Translations under genes and position numbers: made by a program
IMG/VR virus record: IMGVR_UViG_3300028914_000024
Location: 1-41,426 of that record
DNA length: 41,426 nt
From: a virus
Reading direction: 5' to 3' (one strand)
The notes under the pieces: generated by a model
What the model saw: only the letters and a program-made list of their open reading frames with translations
What the model was told of the DNA's origin: nothing
The model's database searches: none
Shown here: positions 40,650 through 41,426 of the stretch, piece after piece
Numbering within the stretch: position 1 is the first letter of the stretch
How the letters are laid out: every line of letters begins with the position of its first letter

Positions 40650-41426
40650 TTATTCAATTATAATTTCTAATTTATAAGCATTTTCTCCCATATTTCCCGC
40701 ATATCCATCTTGTCCATTTGTTGTTTCTATATCATATTGAAATGGTAGATTATTTATACGATATTTTGCTTTTTTATAGCCACTTGTTTTAATTATTTCT
40801 TGTGGTGTGTCATAATAAATTCTAACACAATCAATTGGTCTGTTATCACCAGCCCAACCATTAGTAAAGTTTCTTGTATCATAACCTGTTACTCTAGGCA
40901 ACCAACCAATATTTTTAATATGAGCTTGATACCACACTTTGCCTTTATCAACTTTTACCATAAAACCTATTATTGTATTTTTGCCAAGACCAGCATAATC
41001 ATCCATATTTTTAACCTCTGGCAACCATCCATTTTCTTTTGTTTTGACTTTATAATAAACATTCACAACTTTACTTGTTGACGGCAAGTCTTTATCTAAA
41101 TATGGTGTTGGGTTTATTCTTATATCGTTAGGATTTCTCAATTCCCAATGAAGATGTCCAGCCGTTGAACGCCCTGTGCTTCCCATAAAACCTATAACTT
41201 GTCCTCTTTTAACTTTATCACCTGTTTTTACTCTTACTGTGTTATAAGACATATGTGCATATAAAGTATAATAACTATCATTGTGTTTTATTTTTACATA
41301 ATTACCATAGCTATTCCCTGTTTTATCTTGTGTTTTATAATCTTTTTTATAAGAAACTACAACACCATCACTATGTGCAACTATCCACCCTAAAATATGT
41401 TTGCCTTTGCTATCAACATTTACCAA
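40650..41426 (-). CDS. Endolysin: M23 (LytM-type) metallopeptidase plus three ChW-like cell-wall-binding repeats (5' end across the junction at 128..211)
   Basis: GFMGSTGRSTAGHLHWE (HxH) with the HxxxD upstream. C-terminal repeats with conserved GW (ENGWLPEV, NIGWLPRV) and Y.ahi.n pattern as in ChW. Confidence 0.8.
   Translation of the reverse strand: MVNVDSKGKHILGWIVAHSDGVVVSYKKDYKTQDKTGNSYGNYVKIKHNDSYYTLYAHMSYNTVRVKTGDKVKRGQVIGFMGSTGRSTAGHLHWELRNPNDIRINPTPYLDKDLPSTSKVVNVYYKVKTKENGWLPEVKNMDDYAGLGKNTIIGFMVKVDKGKVWYQAHIKNIGWLPRVTGYDTRNFTNGWAGDNRPIDCVRIYYDTPQEIIKTSGYKKAKYRINNLPFQYDIETTNGQDGYAGNMGENAYKLEIIIE
41300..41426. repeat. Terminal direct repeat copy 2 (identical to 1..127)
   Basis: Exact 127-nt identity with the window start. 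Confidence 0.95.

Overview
The window is a complete, circularly closed genome of a strongly AT-rich tailed dsDNA phage. Bases 1-127 are identical to bases 41300-41426, which looks like an assembly overlap, so the unit length is 41,299 bp and the endolysin gene is split across the window ends. Every credible gene is on the minus strand. All plus-strand ORFs in the track look like antisense artefacts.

Gene order in the direction of transcription (descending coordinates):
- Early region: a consensus early promoter (40316..40344), a Cro-like HTH, a replisome organizer with an embedded ori-like repeat cluster, a helicase-loader-like protein, a radical SAM enzyme (SplB/COG1533-like), a Rad52-type annealase, an SSB-like protein, a DUF1064 nuclease and many small ORFs.
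- Packaging and head, part 1: TerS, TerL, an ART-like protein, portal, four fibre/lectin genes and a minor capsid protein.
- A 600-nt ORF-free region holding a promoter-to-terminator unit for a structured RNA of about 320 nt.
- An accessory island of about 12 kb: an HNH homing endonuclease, zinc-ribbon proteins, a BhlA/UviB-like holin, two sigma-region-4-like HTH proteins, an operon of low-complexity and exosporium-like proteins, two glycosyltransferases, tRNA-Trp and a polyvalent-type protein.
- Head part 2, tail and lysis: scaffold, major capsid, connectors, major tail, chaperones, tape measure, Dit, Tal, receptor-binding protein, holin, an M23+ChW endolysin and an HNH-like protein.

No integrase, repressor or partition genes are visible. 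The ChW repeats, the BhlA/UviB-type holin and the spore-surface-like proteins suggest a Clostridia-class host. This is an inference.

All functional calls rest on motifs read by eye. No database searches were run.
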